A stretch of 64,000 nt of DNA from assembly GCA_907165135.1 (NCBI GenBank), contig OU015567.1, positions 14,198,001 through 14,262,000 on the forward strand, written 5' to 3'. The notes under the pieces were generated by a model. The model saw only the letters and a list, made by a program, of their open reading frames with translations, was not told where the DNA came from and did not search any database. Shown piece by piece: positions 11,894 through 30,039 of the stretch (its first letter is position 1; every line of letters begins with the position of its first letter). The stretch is from Oikopleura dioica. Its lineage: Eukaryota; Animalia; Chordata. Position numbers and translations under genes: made by a program.

Positions 11894-13537
11894 ATGCCGG
11901 GAAGGCAGTCTGATTATACTGTGGTGCAGCAAATCGGAGTCGGAAGCTTCGGGACGTGTTGTTTAGTGAAGAGACTTGTCGATGGCCAAAAATTTGTCTG
12001 GAAAGAAGTCCGGTATGGAAATATGCGGGAGGCGGAAAAAGAGTCGCTTGTCAGAGAAGTGAATCTTTTACGCGACTTGAGGCACCCGCACATTGTCCGC
12101 TACATCGACAGAATCGTTGTCAAATCTTCTTCAACCCTTTATCTTGGTAAAATTAGGCGTTTGGACACCCTTTTCAAACTAATTCTAGTGATGGAATACT
12201 GCGCAGGCGGCGATCTAGCGCAATTAATTCAAGACAGAAAACAAAAACGCCTCGCCGGGCGGCTCAACTCAATGCTACCTCAAGAATTTGTACTCAAAGT
12301 ATTTTACCAGCTGCTATTAGCGCTGAAAGAACTTCATCAAAATCAACAAGGAAAAATTCTTCATCGCGATTTGAAGCCCGCTAATGTTTTTCTTACCTCG
12401 GCGATGGGTGATGTTAAATTGGGAGATTTCGGACTTGCCAGGTTAGCAAAAAAATTTTGCCGAAGCCTAATCGTTTGAACTTTAGGGTCCTCTCTTCCGA
12501 AGTGTCCATGGCAATCTCCTACGTCGGCACTCCCTACTACATGAGCCCAGAACAAGTGGCAAAGATGCGCTACAACGAGTCGTCCGACGTCTGGTCCCTC
12601 GGCTGTCTCATTTACGAACTTTGCGCGCTTCATCCTCCTTTCACCGCGAAGGACCAAAAAGAACTCTACGGCAAGATCAAAAAGGGAGAATTCAGAAGAA
12701 TACCTCACGCGTACTCGGAGGAGTTGTTTACTACATTGAGTAGTATGCTCAAACAGAATCCGGAAAAACGGCCTTCCGTCGAAAGTCTACTTCGTAAGTC
12801 AAAGTGCTTATTAAAACTTATTCAAATTGGTTTCAGAAATGCCGTACATAAATCCAACTTTGATGATGCCCAAGCCAAAACGTTCCACGACGCCAAAAGT
12901 GTCACGTGTTAGCTCGTTGAAGCGAGAAAGCACTGCTAGCAGTGCTACGAAAGATTCGATAAACTCCAGCGGCTACAAATCTTACGACACAAATAACTCA
13001 ACGCCGATTTCAAAGCCCTCTCCTCCGATTTCTAGTCAACGACCTTCCAGTCTCCCGAAGCCGATTAGATCCGGGTAATTCCCAATTCCATTTCTTCTCA
13101 ACAGCTAATTTCAACAGGTCGAATAACAACGTGCCGTATCTAAATCTTGCCGGTGACAGTCCCTCTCCAATAAAACCACTTGAAAGGAGTCCTTCGAAAA
13201 GAAGGAAAACAGAACTCGAGCTCAAAATTTGGGAAGAACGCCTTGTTCAGCGCGAAAAGTCATTAGATGATCGGGAAAGACGACTAAACGAGGTTCCCAT
13301 AGCTCCGTCTTTCTTGCATTTAAAAAGTATATTTAGCTGCAGAATGAGCTCGAAAAGAAGTCGCGCGTTCTCCAACCAGTCAAGCCTACCACGAACTCTC
13401 CAAGAGTAAGTCCCTTCCGCTCCGCAAAGTTCCTAACAAATCCAACCCTAGTTCGACGCGATCTCGAAGCTACAAAATCGCCTGGTCCCTCTTTCCATCC
13501 GACACAAAGCCTCAAAGCTCGTTCGCTCGCCCTCTGA
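11894..13537 (+). CDS. NEK2: NIMA-related kinase 2
   Basis: MPGRQSDYTVVQQIGVGSFG, VWKEVRYGNMREAEKESLVREVNLLRDLRHPHIVRY, HRDLKPAN, DFGLA, VGTPYYMSPEQ; C-terminal coiled coil EERLVQREKSLDDRERRL; GT-AG introns. Confidence 0.93.
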
Positions 13538-13824
13538 TCCTTCTCGAATTTCCAAAATATGAAACTATCCATTCCGAAGATGCCTTCTTTAAAATAAATC
13601 TTGCGCTTTTCTTCAAAAACTATTTCTACCTTTTGCGTATTTCTGCGCTCTTCCTTTCCATTCCTATCGATCACTAATCTTGCCATGGCAGTCTCGAACT
13701 TTTGACAAAGCTCAAACCAGGACATTTAAAATAGTATTCTGTATATTTTCTTTTCAATAAAAAATAATGAAACGATGAAAGAAGTTATTCTCTCGAAGTC
13801 AAGGCTCAAAGTAGATTCAATAGA

Positions 13825-19211
<5,387 letters not shown>

Positions 19212-19276
19212 GCTTGACTTGCTCATTCCTCTGAAACTATAAGTTCAATTATAACCTTCTCTTTCTTCTTTTCAGA

Positions 19277-21043
19277 ATGCCAGAATATACAGTAGAGGAC
19301 GTATTAGTGAAGCTTGAAGCTTTGTTCATCAGCGATGCATCTGTATGCACAACTGATCTTGCATCAGACCTCCAGCTTGAGCACCAGAAAGTCGTTGGCT
19401 TCATGAAGTCGATTCAAGCAGCCGGAGATTACATTTCAGCCACCGACAGGGTCAAGGTCGACGTGACGCTGAAGCCAGAGGGAGAAGGCATCGCAAAGAA
19501 TGGTAGCCACGAATTCGTTTTCTGGTCGAATGTGCCGGAAGAGGGAATTACTCAAGGAGACGCGATGAAAAACATTCCAAATGCTAAACTTGGAATGGGA
19601 AAAGCACTTGCGGCGAAGTGGATTTCAAAGAACAAGGAAGATGGAAAGATTTACAGAGCAGTCAAGGTAAACACCCAAAAACCTTTCTATCACTTATCCC
19701 TAAATAAGGAAACTCCAGAAGATACTATCGGCAATATTTGCAAGAAAGTCGCTGCAGGCCAGCCACTAGAAGCAAAAGAGCTTGCTGATGCCAAGAAACG
19801 AAAGCTCGTTGATGAGAAGAAATTAACCGTCTTTGACTTGAAGAAATCAGCTGGCTTCAAAACGACCGTCGAAAAGCCAGAAACGGAACTTACAAAAGAA
19901 CTTCTCGGTGAGTCTTTCCCAAACTCAACTTTTCCTTTTACTTCTTCAAAATAGCGAATGATGCGTGGAAAAGCAAGACTTTCAAAGAATACAACTACAA
20001 CGCTACTGGTGTTCGACCCCCACATGGATTCCTCCATCCTCTTTTGAAGCTCCGAAGCGCCTACAGAAATATCTTCCTCGAAATGGGATTCGAAGAGATG
20101 CCAACATCGAATTTTGTCGAATCATCATTCTGGAACTTTGATGCCCTCTTCCAGCCCCAGCAGCATCCAGCGAGAGATGCTCATGATACTTTCTTCCTTT
20201 CTGAGCCAGGTAAAAGTCATTCCCCAGCTCTCTTCCAATATTTCCAAGCATCGGCTTTGAACGATCCACCAGCAGATTACCTCGAGCGGGTGAAAAACAT
20301 CCACAGTCACGGTGGTTTCGATTCCAAAGGCTACGGCTACGACTGGAGCAAAGAAGAAGCCATGAAAAATGTTCTCCGAACTCATACCACCGCTGTTTCC
20401 GCGAAAATGCTCTACAAACTTGCTCAGCAGAAGGAATTCAAGCCCACTAAATATTTCAGGTTGGGAGAAAAAAATATTGCGAAAATTCTAAGGCCAACTT
20501 TTAGTATCGATCGCGTCTTCCGAAATGAAACTTTGGACAACACTCATTTGGCAGAATTTCATCAAGTCGAGGGACTCATCGCTGATTACAATGTCTCGTT
20601 AGCTGACTTGATTGGCGTCCTCCACACTTTCTTCAAGAAACTCGGAATCGAAAAGCTCAAGTTCAAGGTATTCTTTGTTCCTGTTTCCAACGCTCAAATC
20701 GTCCTAGCCTGCATACAACCCATACACCGAACCGTCTATGGAAATTTTCTCGTATCACGAAGGATTGAAAAAGTGGACCGAAATCGGCAACTCTGGAATG
20801 TTCAGACCAGAAATGTTGAGGCCGATGGGATTGCCCGAAAACGTGTCCGTCATTGCCTGGGGCTTGTCGCTAGAACGCCCAGCGATGATCAAATATAAAA
20901 TGAATAATATTCGGTGCGTTAGAGAATTCTCCTTGTTGTCTCCAACTGTTTTCTTTAGAGAGCTCTGTGGCTACAAATACGACCTTCGAAACGGTCAAAA
21001 TGCCTCAATCTGCCGCGTTGACTTCGAGAGATTGCGAAAGTAA
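19277..21043 (+). CDS. FARSA: Phenylalanyl-tRNA synthetase alpha subunit (cytosolic)
   Basis: [108 protein letters not shown]; GT-AG introns. Confidence 0.97.
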
Positions 21044-21071
21044 TGTTTCGTTTACCGTTAATTCCAGGAAA

Positions 21072-21329
21072 ATGTCTCAACTTTGTAGAACGTGTCCGGT
21101 GCGCGCGCGTTTCGGCGATTTGTCGCGGCAAACGAATTTGCGCAAGTTGAACTCTTGGCTCAGCGAGCGCTCGTACCTCGTCGACGATGTAGCGACAAAA
21201 CTCGATGTTCAAGCGCACGCGCATGTTCAACCCGAACTAGTCGATAATTACGCGCACGTGGCTAGATGGTGGAATCATATCGCCACTTACAAAGGCGAAT
21301 ATGAATTCCTCCCGGATGGCAAATTCTAA
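21072..21329 (+). CDS. 85-aa protein consisting only of an EF1B-beta-like N-terminal domain
   Basis: FGDLSRQTNLRKLNSWLSERSYL...LDV...HVARWWNHIATY...LP aligns with EF1B-beta FGDLKS..GL..LN.YL..KSYI....AD....HALRWYNHI.SY....LP. TTCCAG|GAAAATG start 29 bp after the FARSA stop. Confidence 0.72.
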   Translation: MSQLCRTCPVRARFGDLSRQTNLRKLNSWLSERSYLVDDVATKLDVQAHAHVQPELVDNYAHVARWWNHIATYKGEYEFLPDGKF

Positions 21330-21719
21330 GTTCTAGGCGATTTCATCGACTACCTCTAGGTTTATTATTATTACCAGAAAACTAATGTAGCTAACAGCGT
21401 TATTTCTTCAACAGAAAACTAACTTTATATCGTATTGCGTTGAGACATTTGCAGCTAACAATTCTAGGAAAAACAAGTTAAGCAAAAAGCCGCTGCTTAT
21501 TTAGGAGTATTTCTGTACTGTCAGTCCTCATCTGTATTTCTCAAGACTATTCTGAGATTTTAAAGACAAAATCAACCCTAAACTTGGTGTCTGTTCAATT
21601 TAAATATTCTCCCCGGCGAGTTGACCGTTTCTTAAGCGTGTCCTTGCTGATTTAAATATTGCAATAATTATAACTTATTATAAATAAGTTAATAAACGAC
21701 CTTTTCTTCGCGCGTTAGA

Positions 21720-22955
21720 ATGTCAGAGGTCGAAAGTTCTGACGACGAATACGAGGTTGAAGCCATCTTGGACACTCGAAAGAAAAAGATTAAGGGAGCA
21801 GTTAGAGAATATCTGATCAAATGGAAGGGTTACGATAATGAGGAGGACAACACTTGGGAGCCAGAGGAGAATCTCGATTGTACGGACATTCTAAAGGAGT
21901 TCAAGAAAAAGGTATTGAAATCATGGAAGACTTATGTTTTAAAATCATTTTTTCCAAGAATTTGCCAAGATTGGCCAAGAAAATAAAAGAAAAGAATAAC
22001 AAGAAAAAACGAAAGCGCCCTGAATCCGAAGAGAAAAAGATAATCTCCGATGCATCAGATACTGATCTCGGAGATGAGTCGACCGCTATTCATCCTAAGG
22101 TAAGTTTTTTTAATTGTTTTCAGTAACTGATATATTTTATAGAAGCTGAAGCATAACGACTCACAGAAGGTGTATCCACAAGAAGATTCAGCGGCTAGAA
22201 AAATCAAGAAGGAGCGAGAGTCTGGTGATAGGATAGCAAAGGTAGTAGTTTCTCAGGAAATGTGAGTTTAATAAACTTTTTAGCAGCGCAAGGTGAGCGA
22301 GGTGATCGATCTGGATTCTGAAGGATCAGAGGGAAGCCAGAAGATAAGCAAAAGACGAATTCGAGTGACACAAAAACGGCGAACATGGAGTAACCTTATT
22401 CCAGAAAATGAAGCTCTTTCTGATGACGATCAAGACAGTGTTATATCCGGCATGTCTGGCACAGTTACGATCGCCAAAGAAAAGAAAATATCAGACAAAT
22501 CTGATACTCTTTCCAGCACCAAAAAGAAGCAACCTTTCCAGCCGACAGAAACAAATCTCCCAGTTCAAGTTCCCGTCGAAGCTCAAACTTCTCAATCTCA
22601 GGAAAATGCTGCCAAAGAAAACACCCCATCTACCTCTGGGGTAGAACCTACCTCAGCAGAGATTAAAAATGAGAAAGAAACTACGCCCAGGAAGCATGTC
22701 TCAGGATTCGACCAAGGTCTCGTTCCCGAGGAAATCGTCGGTGCAACAGACATCAACGGCTTCAAATTTTTGGTCAAGTGGAAGGACTATCCCAAATATG
22801 AGTTCATCGAACGCGAAGTAGCGAATAAAAAAATCCCGCAGCTAGTGATTGCTTTCTACCAAGCACGAGTTCATTTTGACCACGATCAGGTTCCCCTTGA
22901 TTCGCCCTTCCATCCGCTTGCTGTCCGAAACTTGCCAAATCCCTTGCCCGAATAA
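21720..22955 (+). CDS. CBX: HP1/chromobox protein (chromodomain plus chromoshadow domain)
   Basis: [11 protein letters not shown]...[25 protein letters not shown] chromodomain; [16 protein letters not shown]...FLVKWK...[20 protein letters not shown] chromoshadow domain. Confidence 0.93.
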
Positions 22956-23485
22956 TCTCGCCCGCCAAACCCAGCCGCTGCAGACTGCAGTGACAGCAGT
23001 GCTCTCTCCTATGACTGTACTATGAGAAATTTCACTCCCCAGGTTGTTCCCATTTAAAAAAACGCTGTCAGTGCAGTATTCACAACTTTGACACAGCTCA
23101 CTTCACACGGTGCATGAAAACCTGCCTCTGAAAAAACTACCACTGCGGCAGTTTTTTCTGTCAGAAAAAAAAGCTCAAAATTTAAAAATCAAGGAGCCAT
23201 CAAATATCCATATTATCCATACTATCCATGTTATTGACACGCGTTCGCCATAAAAACACTTGTCGTTATTTGCTCCTGTTAAATCCTGTTAAACGCCCTG
23301 TGCCTTCAAATCTTGCTCTTTCTCTTCAACTGTTGAAGTTTTAAAAAGGAAATATCACATTTTTTGAGAGCAGTTGAACCCCTTGCTGTGTCATATCATA
23401 TGAATTGTTCACTGCCTCCTTTCGCACATGTATCTAATAAAAATAACTATTTTAAAACAAAGTCATATTTTTGTTCAATAAAAGA

Positions 23486-24244
23486 ATGATAGATGAGTGC
23501 ATTTTAAACGCAGTTGGAAGTACTAGTACTGTCATAGCGCCAGGTATGCATATTTAAAAGGACGGTGAATAAAATTTCCTGAAGACATTATCGAGCTGAT
23601 CGTAATCCTGAGGTACGAAAAGCCGACTGCGGAAGACGTCAGAATTGCGGTAGATAAATGGAGAAACTATATCATCACTCATGCAAAGAAAGCTGGAGCG
23701 ACTGAGAGAAGTCAGATAGTCGTATGTTTATATAAATTGTTGTTATCGTCATTTTCTAAGCTGATTTTAGACGTATGAAAACATGGAGAAAACTGCGGAA
23801 GGATACTCGTTTGAGCTGCAAATAAACACGAAATTGAGTTGTTACAAATCTGCGCAGGTATTTTCATCATTTTCAAAGCAAAACTCAAACCTTTCAAAGA
23901 AACTGCGTTCTCATCTTGTCGAAAAACTCGACTGCGATCGAACAACTATTCTTCCTCTTGAGTTTCATCATTCGCGAGAGGTAGTCGCCAAGAAGCGCGA
24001 AGAACTAACCAACTACGCGCTCCATAAAGTCAAGAACAACGCAAAAACTACGGCGAAACAAATGGGCGTCAGATTAGGAGCGCTCAAGTCGATCAGCGAT
24101 GTTGAATTAACGGAATCCTTCATGAATACAGGCGCTGCTGGAGACTCGAATGAACTCAGCCAAGTTTTGAACAAGAAATCAAAGACGAAAATAATCGCCG
24201 CTTCCGTCAAAGCTACGTTTTCTATCTTACCTGCTAATTCCTAA
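23486..24244 (+). CDS. IRAK1BP1: SIMPL-domain protein (IRAK1-binding protein 1-like)
   Basis: Spliced model MIDECILNAVGSTSTVIAP|DIIELIV...LVEKLD...LEFHH...GVRLG...KIIAASVKATFSI matches the SIMPL/IRAK1BP1 pattern (V.G...V...PD, LVEKLD, TIHAASKVFITFEV). Confidence 0.8.
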
Positions 24245-24354
24245 AAACCGTCTTTCCTGTAGCCCTGTTCTATTTTTATATTTTTGATCTTTTTCTTTTT
24301 TACTTGCACTCTCTTCCTTGATTTCATCCATTTTTTTACGTTGGAATTCTTAGC

Positions 24355-25195
24355 ATGAATGATATCTTGGCAACTGTTTGGTCGAGAATAGCTCCTCTGC
24401 CGGAGGATAAAAAGGTAGAACTGTAGAAGTGAATCGGATGCCTGTATATTCTAGGTCAGGCTCTTCGAGCGAATTAAAAATTCAGCGATTGAACTGCCTG
24501 TTGATGAGAAATTGAAGCTCCTTCCATCGGTTCAAAACCCAAAAGTAAGTCCTCGAAATTAAAGCTTTCAATCACTGAAAACTTCAGCATCTAAATTCTG
24601 AGCAGTATTTGATCCCAGCATCCTACGAAGAGTGGGAAAAGAACAGAACGTTTCTCAGCGCTTCAGTAAAAATCTTCGGCGCTGGATTCTTCGTCACCGC
24701 GCTCGCCACTTCCGTCTTCAAGCGATACATCCAAAAGAGCCTCAATTACTCCCAACAAGTCAAGTTCAAAGGAGGCTTTAATACAACTCTTTTCTCCGCG
24801 ACGATGATTTGTTCCTGGCCGATCATTTTCACTCAAGCTGGAGTTGTTAATTATTTGGTCAATAGAGAGTTCGTCGACGCTTCATTTCCGTCTTTTGTGA
24901 TGCGCGAATTAGGAAAAGATAATTTTTGGAACTTTGAAATAACCAAAAAAGGTTATTCAATATTTCAAGTGTCGGAAAGTAACAAGATTATTTAGACCAA
25001 GAAGATTATTTCAAAGAACATCCAGAAGAACTCGACGATCGAATTTTAAAACTTTTCGAAAATGATGGAAAAATCTATCACATCCATGATTTTGTTGGGA
25101 AAGATATGAAATCGTTGGAATTTATTGTTAAATCTCCCCTGCTTTGCGAACTGATTTCTAACCACACTGAAGAGTTTATTTTGGCGAAAAAATAA
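24355..25195 (+). CDS. Uncharacterised protein of about 220 aa with two hydrophobic segments
   Basis: Four exons join in frame through GT-AG introns (MNDILATVWSR...|VRLFERIK...|HLNSEQYLIPASYEEW...|DQEDYFKEHPEE...LAKK stop). Family not recognised. Confidence 0.6.
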
Positions 25196-25249
25196 AAAAT
25201 TCAAGTCATGAAAAGTAAATGTTTCCAATTTTCCTCCGCAGTTGATTTA

Positions 25250-27225
25250 TTAGAATCGCAGGACAGAGCAGTTTTTAGGAATAGCAGCCACCTGAACACA
25301 GGCGCTTGATGGCTTCCGACACTTAAAATTCGAAGAAGACCAGCCATTTTCAGGATCGAAAATTTCGAAAGAATCGCCAATTCCGCGGTCACCTTCCAAA
25401 ACAAAAAGTCGGTTTCCTGTCATAGCAACGCCGGGATGTAATCGCCCAAAATTCATTTTCTAAAAACATTTTTAATTTGAACAGCTACAGCTTGAAACCT
25501 GAACGCGTGTCCATTGCTGCGAATCGAAATTGAACTGCTCGCAACTTCTCCTCACATGGGGACCGTTTTCTCCTCCGACAACCCAAAGCTTGCCTTGGAA
25601 AATCAGGCTTCCATGACCAGCTCGAGCGCTCAGCATTGGGGGAGCCTCCGTCCATTTCTTTCCGTCAAAGACTTCGACAGAGTCGAACCGTGGAGAATAT
25701 AGACCACAGCTGTCATAGCCTCCAGTTACATACATTTTATCTTCAAAGGAAGCTGCTGCTGCAGATTCTCGATACATTTTCATTGATGGAATTTCTTCCC
25801 AAACGTTCTTTTCCGGGTCGTAACATTCGTTTACGGGTGATGGATCTTCCCTTCTCGAATTTCCACCAGACACATAGATGCGGCCATTCATCGCGCAGCA
25901 TGCCGGTGAGAATCGTTTGCAAATCATACTGGCGATGGATTCCCATTTGCCTTTTTTAGGGTCGAATCGTTCTGCAATCTCTCCAAGTACGTAGATCATT
26001 CCATTCAAGACGGCCAGTCCGAAATTTGAATCATATTTTTCCATCGGCGGCATTGATTTACATTTCTTATCGATAAACGACATTGACACACAAAATTTTA
26101 CCTGTGAATCTGGATCAAAAAGAACAAACTGATAGGTTTCCCGAAAGAATTCGCAGCCATTTTCAATCTCTTCAGTCCACGTTGTCAGAATATAAATGTC
26201 ATTCTCCAAATGCGAGCACCACCTCGGCTTCAATCGTTCACCTACAATTGCGTTCTCCACCATTTTGACCTGAGAAATTTTTCGTTTTCGCTTTTTCATT
26301 TTGGGTTTCTTCGCCTGATCTATCAATGCACAACATTGGGCATTGCTCGAAATCAAATCGAAGGTAAGAACCTCGTCGCGAAGAAATTCTGAAGGAAGCA
26401 GATGCAGGCGAACTCGACTAAGCATTTGATAAACGACCTTGTCCTCGCACGATGGATTCGCTACGAGCCAGATTTTGAAGGCAGACCAGACAGTTGTCTC
26501 ATCCTTGACATAAAGGTCAGAAGAACCGAGAATGCTCATCACTGAAAATTTCTATGATCAAGAAAGCGAAGGGATAAGTCGACAAAACAGTCTTTTTGAT
26601 TTGTACCTAATTTAGCTGGCGCGGTTGTCCAAACAGGAAGTTGGTAAAAATCGCAAAAGTAGCGGTCAATGTACTGTCGTGCCCGACGTTCCAAATCCGG
26701 TCGGAAAATTCTCTCAGCGAGTTGAAGAACATCGAGGACATTTTCCGTACTCATGCGGCGCTCAATGAAATCGAAACAAGCTGTGACCACTTGCTCACAT
26801 CCGAGATATTGAGCAGCGACGAGGATGGATTGCGCGGTTTCATTTGTAAGTTCGATCTCGCCGGTATAAGCCCACTCGATCACTTATACTTCGATTTACT
26901 ACTTGTGTGAAAAAATTAAAATAACACCTGAAATAATGATCTCTGGGTCGACCCCAGGAATATCAAGGGAAATTTCAGCTCCGTTCTTCCATGATGACAT
27001 TAGTTGTGTTTCGAAATACGGAAAAGCCGATGCTAGGACTAGTTTATGGGCTTCAAATCGAAGTGAGCCAGATTTAATCACAACGTCAACCCCTTTTGAC
27101 TCTTCTCGAAACTTGCCAAAGCGATTGAAGGAGGCTGGAAACAAGGAGGACTTGAGGCAAATCATTTCTGACTCAGGGATTGAGTTCGACGAGATTTCAG
27201 AATCTGTGTCGGACGACGAAGACAT
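25250..27225 (-). CDS. Kelch-like protein (BTB-BACK-Kelch), tandem copy A
   Basis: BTB (FEAHKLVLASAFPYFE), BACK (VWSAFKIWL, RVRLHLLP) and kelch repeats (IYVSGG, MYVTGGYD, LWVVGG). Confidence 0.9.
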
Positions 27226-27392
27226 AATTTTGTCTAAAACATAAAAACTCGACGATCGAAATTTAAAACTTTTCGAAAATGATGGAAAAATCTATCACAT
27301 CCATGATTTTGTTGGGAAAGATATGAAATCGTTGGAATTTATTGTTAAATCTCCCCTGCTTTGCGAACTGATTTCTAACCACACTGAAGAGT

Positions 27393-29496
27393 TTATTTTG
27401 GCGAAAAAATAAAAATACAAGTCATGAAAAGAAAATGTTTTGAATTTTCTTCGGCAGTTAATTTGTTAGAGTCGCAGGGAAGAGCAATTTTTAGGAATAG
27501 CAGCCGCCAGAACACAGGCGCTTGATGGCTTCCGACACTTAAAATTCGAAGAAGACCAGCCGTTTTCAGGATCATAAATTTCGAAGGAATCGCCAACTCC
27601 GCCGTCGCCTTCCAAAACAAAAGTCGGTTTTTATTCATAGCCACGCCGAGATTGTCTCGCCCCCAACTCATTTTCTTAAATTTTGTTTAATTTAAACAGC
27701 TACAGCTTGAAACCTGAACGCGTGTCCATTGCTGAGAGTTGAAATTGAACTGCTCGCAGTCTCTCATAGGATTGGGACCAGTTTCACCGCCGATAACCCA
27801 AAGCTGGCCTTGGAAGACCAGGCTTCCATGACCAGCTCGAGGGCTCAGCATTGGGGGAGCCTCGGTCCATTTCTTTCCGTCAAAGACTTCGACAGAGTCT
27901 AAATGTGGAATTCCACTGAAATCGCCATAACCTCCAGTGACATACATTTTATCTTCGAAGGAAGCTGCTGCTGCAGAGCTTCGATATGTTTTCATGGATG
28001 GAATTTCTTGCCAAATGTTTTTCTCCGGGTCGTAACATTCGTTTACGGGTGATGTCTTGCCGCCACCAGACACATAGATGCGGCCATTCATCGCGCAGCA
28101 TGCCGGCCAATATCGTTCGCTAATCATACTGGCTATGGATTCCCATTTGCCCTTTTTCGGATCGAATCGTTCAGCAGCCTTCCCGGAGTAATTTCCACCT
28201 ATTGCGTAGATCATTCCATCCAAGACGGCCACTCCGAATTCTGTCCAACAATGTTTCATCGGAGGCATTGTTTTACATTTCTTATCGATTAACAAATGTT
28301 ATCAATTGATTCGCACGAAATCTTACCTTTGAATCTGGATCAAAACGAACGAACTGATAGTTTTCCTGAAAGAATCCGCAGCCATTTTCAATCTTTTCAG
28401 GCCACGTTGTCAAAATATAAATGTCATTCTCCAAGTGCGAGCACCATCTCGGCTTCAATCGTTCAGCATCATTCCCGTTCCCCACCATGTTGACCTGGGA
28501 AATTTTTCGTTTCCGCTTTTTCATTTTGGGTTCCTTGGCCTGATCTATCAATGCGCAGCATTGGGCATTGCTTGAAATCAAGTCGAAGGTAAGAACCTCG
28601 TCTTGAAGGAATTGCGGAGGAAGCAGATGCAGACGAACTTGACTAAGCATCTCATGAACGAGCTTGTCCTCACACGATGGGTTCGCTTCGAGCCAGATTT
28701 TAAAGGCGGACCAGACAGTTGCCTCCTCCTTGACATAAAGATCAGAAGAACCGAGAATGCTCATAACTGAAAATTTTTAAGAACAAGAAAGCCAATTGGA
28801 TAAGTCGACAAAACAGTCTTTTTGATTTGTACCTAATTTAGCTGGCGCGGTTGTCCAAACAGGAAGTTGGTAAAAATCGCAAAAGTAGCGGTCAATGTAC
28901 TGTCGTGCCCGACGTTCCAAATCCGGTCGGAAAATTCTCTCAGCGAGTTGAAGAACATCGAGGACATTTTCCGTACTCATGCGGCGCTCAATGAAATCGA
29001 AACAAGCTGTGACCACTTGCTCACATCCGAGATATTGAGCAGCGACGAGGATGGATTGCGCGGTTTCATTTGTAAGTTCAATTTCGCCAGTGTATGCCCA
29101 CTTGATCACTTATTTATCGATTTACAATTTTTGGGAAGGAGTTGGAATAATACCTGATATGATGATCTCTGGATCGACCCCAGGAATATCAAGGGAAATT
29201 TCTGCTCCGTTTTTCCATGATGTCATTAGATGTGCCTCAAAATACGGAATGGCCGACGCTAGGACGAGTTTATGGGCTTCGAATCGAAGCGAGCCAGATT
29301 TAATCACAACGTCAATCCCTTTCGACTCTTCTCGAAACTTGCAAAAGCGATTGAAGGAGGCTGGAAACAAGGACTCGTGGCAAATCATTTCTGACTCAGG
29401 GATTGAGTTCGATGAGATTTCAGACTCTGTGTCGGGCGACGTTTCAGAATCTGTGTAGGACGACGTTTCGAGCTCTGTGTCGGAAGACGAAGACAT
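27393..29496 (-). CDS. Kelch-like protein (BTB-BACK-Kelch), tandem copy B; apparent 1-nt deletion in last exon
   Basis: Same exon structure as copy A and highly similar; A4 at 27619-27622 versus A5 at 25403-25407 in copy A shifts the final exon frame. Confidence 0.87.
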
Positions 29497-30039
29497 TATT
29501 TTGTCTAAAACAAGACGGAATTACTGTAGGTTTAAATTGGAGTAAAAAGCAAAGGAAATTGAGTTTTTTGAGACGCTCTTGTTCAATATTTTCTCGTAAA
29601 GTAGAGTTTTTGTCGAAAACCGTCTACCATTTTTTCTTCCTGAAACTAACTCGCGTCTAGAAGAGTTCACCCCGAATCAAGAAATCAAAGAGTTATCAGA
29701 ATTGAGCAAGTTTTTCGAGAGACAAGAAGATTCGAAGCGATTATTTGTGATAAATTACCGACGATTTTAGGATGTTCGGACGTTTCTAAGTCTCTGATGC
29801 GCATATGAAAGTTGCTCCCTACTGAATTTTTAATATTTTCAAAAAATCTTTCCTCTTTCTTGCCTGCTTGAAAGTTTTCAGTAAAAATGCCGACCATTTG
29901 TTTTCAAAGATGCGCTTTCTCAAACTTGAATTCGCATTTTTGCTTCTTTTTCATAATCATAATAAAAATCAATTAGCTGTTTATTTACACGGAAATAAAT
30001 CAATTGTTAATTGCAGCAGAAAGACGGAACAGGAAAAAA

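Noticed and set aside
22985-23077. 13-bp imperfect inverted repeat in the HP1 3' region (possible pre-miRNA)
   Set aside because: The stem is too short and the loop too long for a convincing hairpin.
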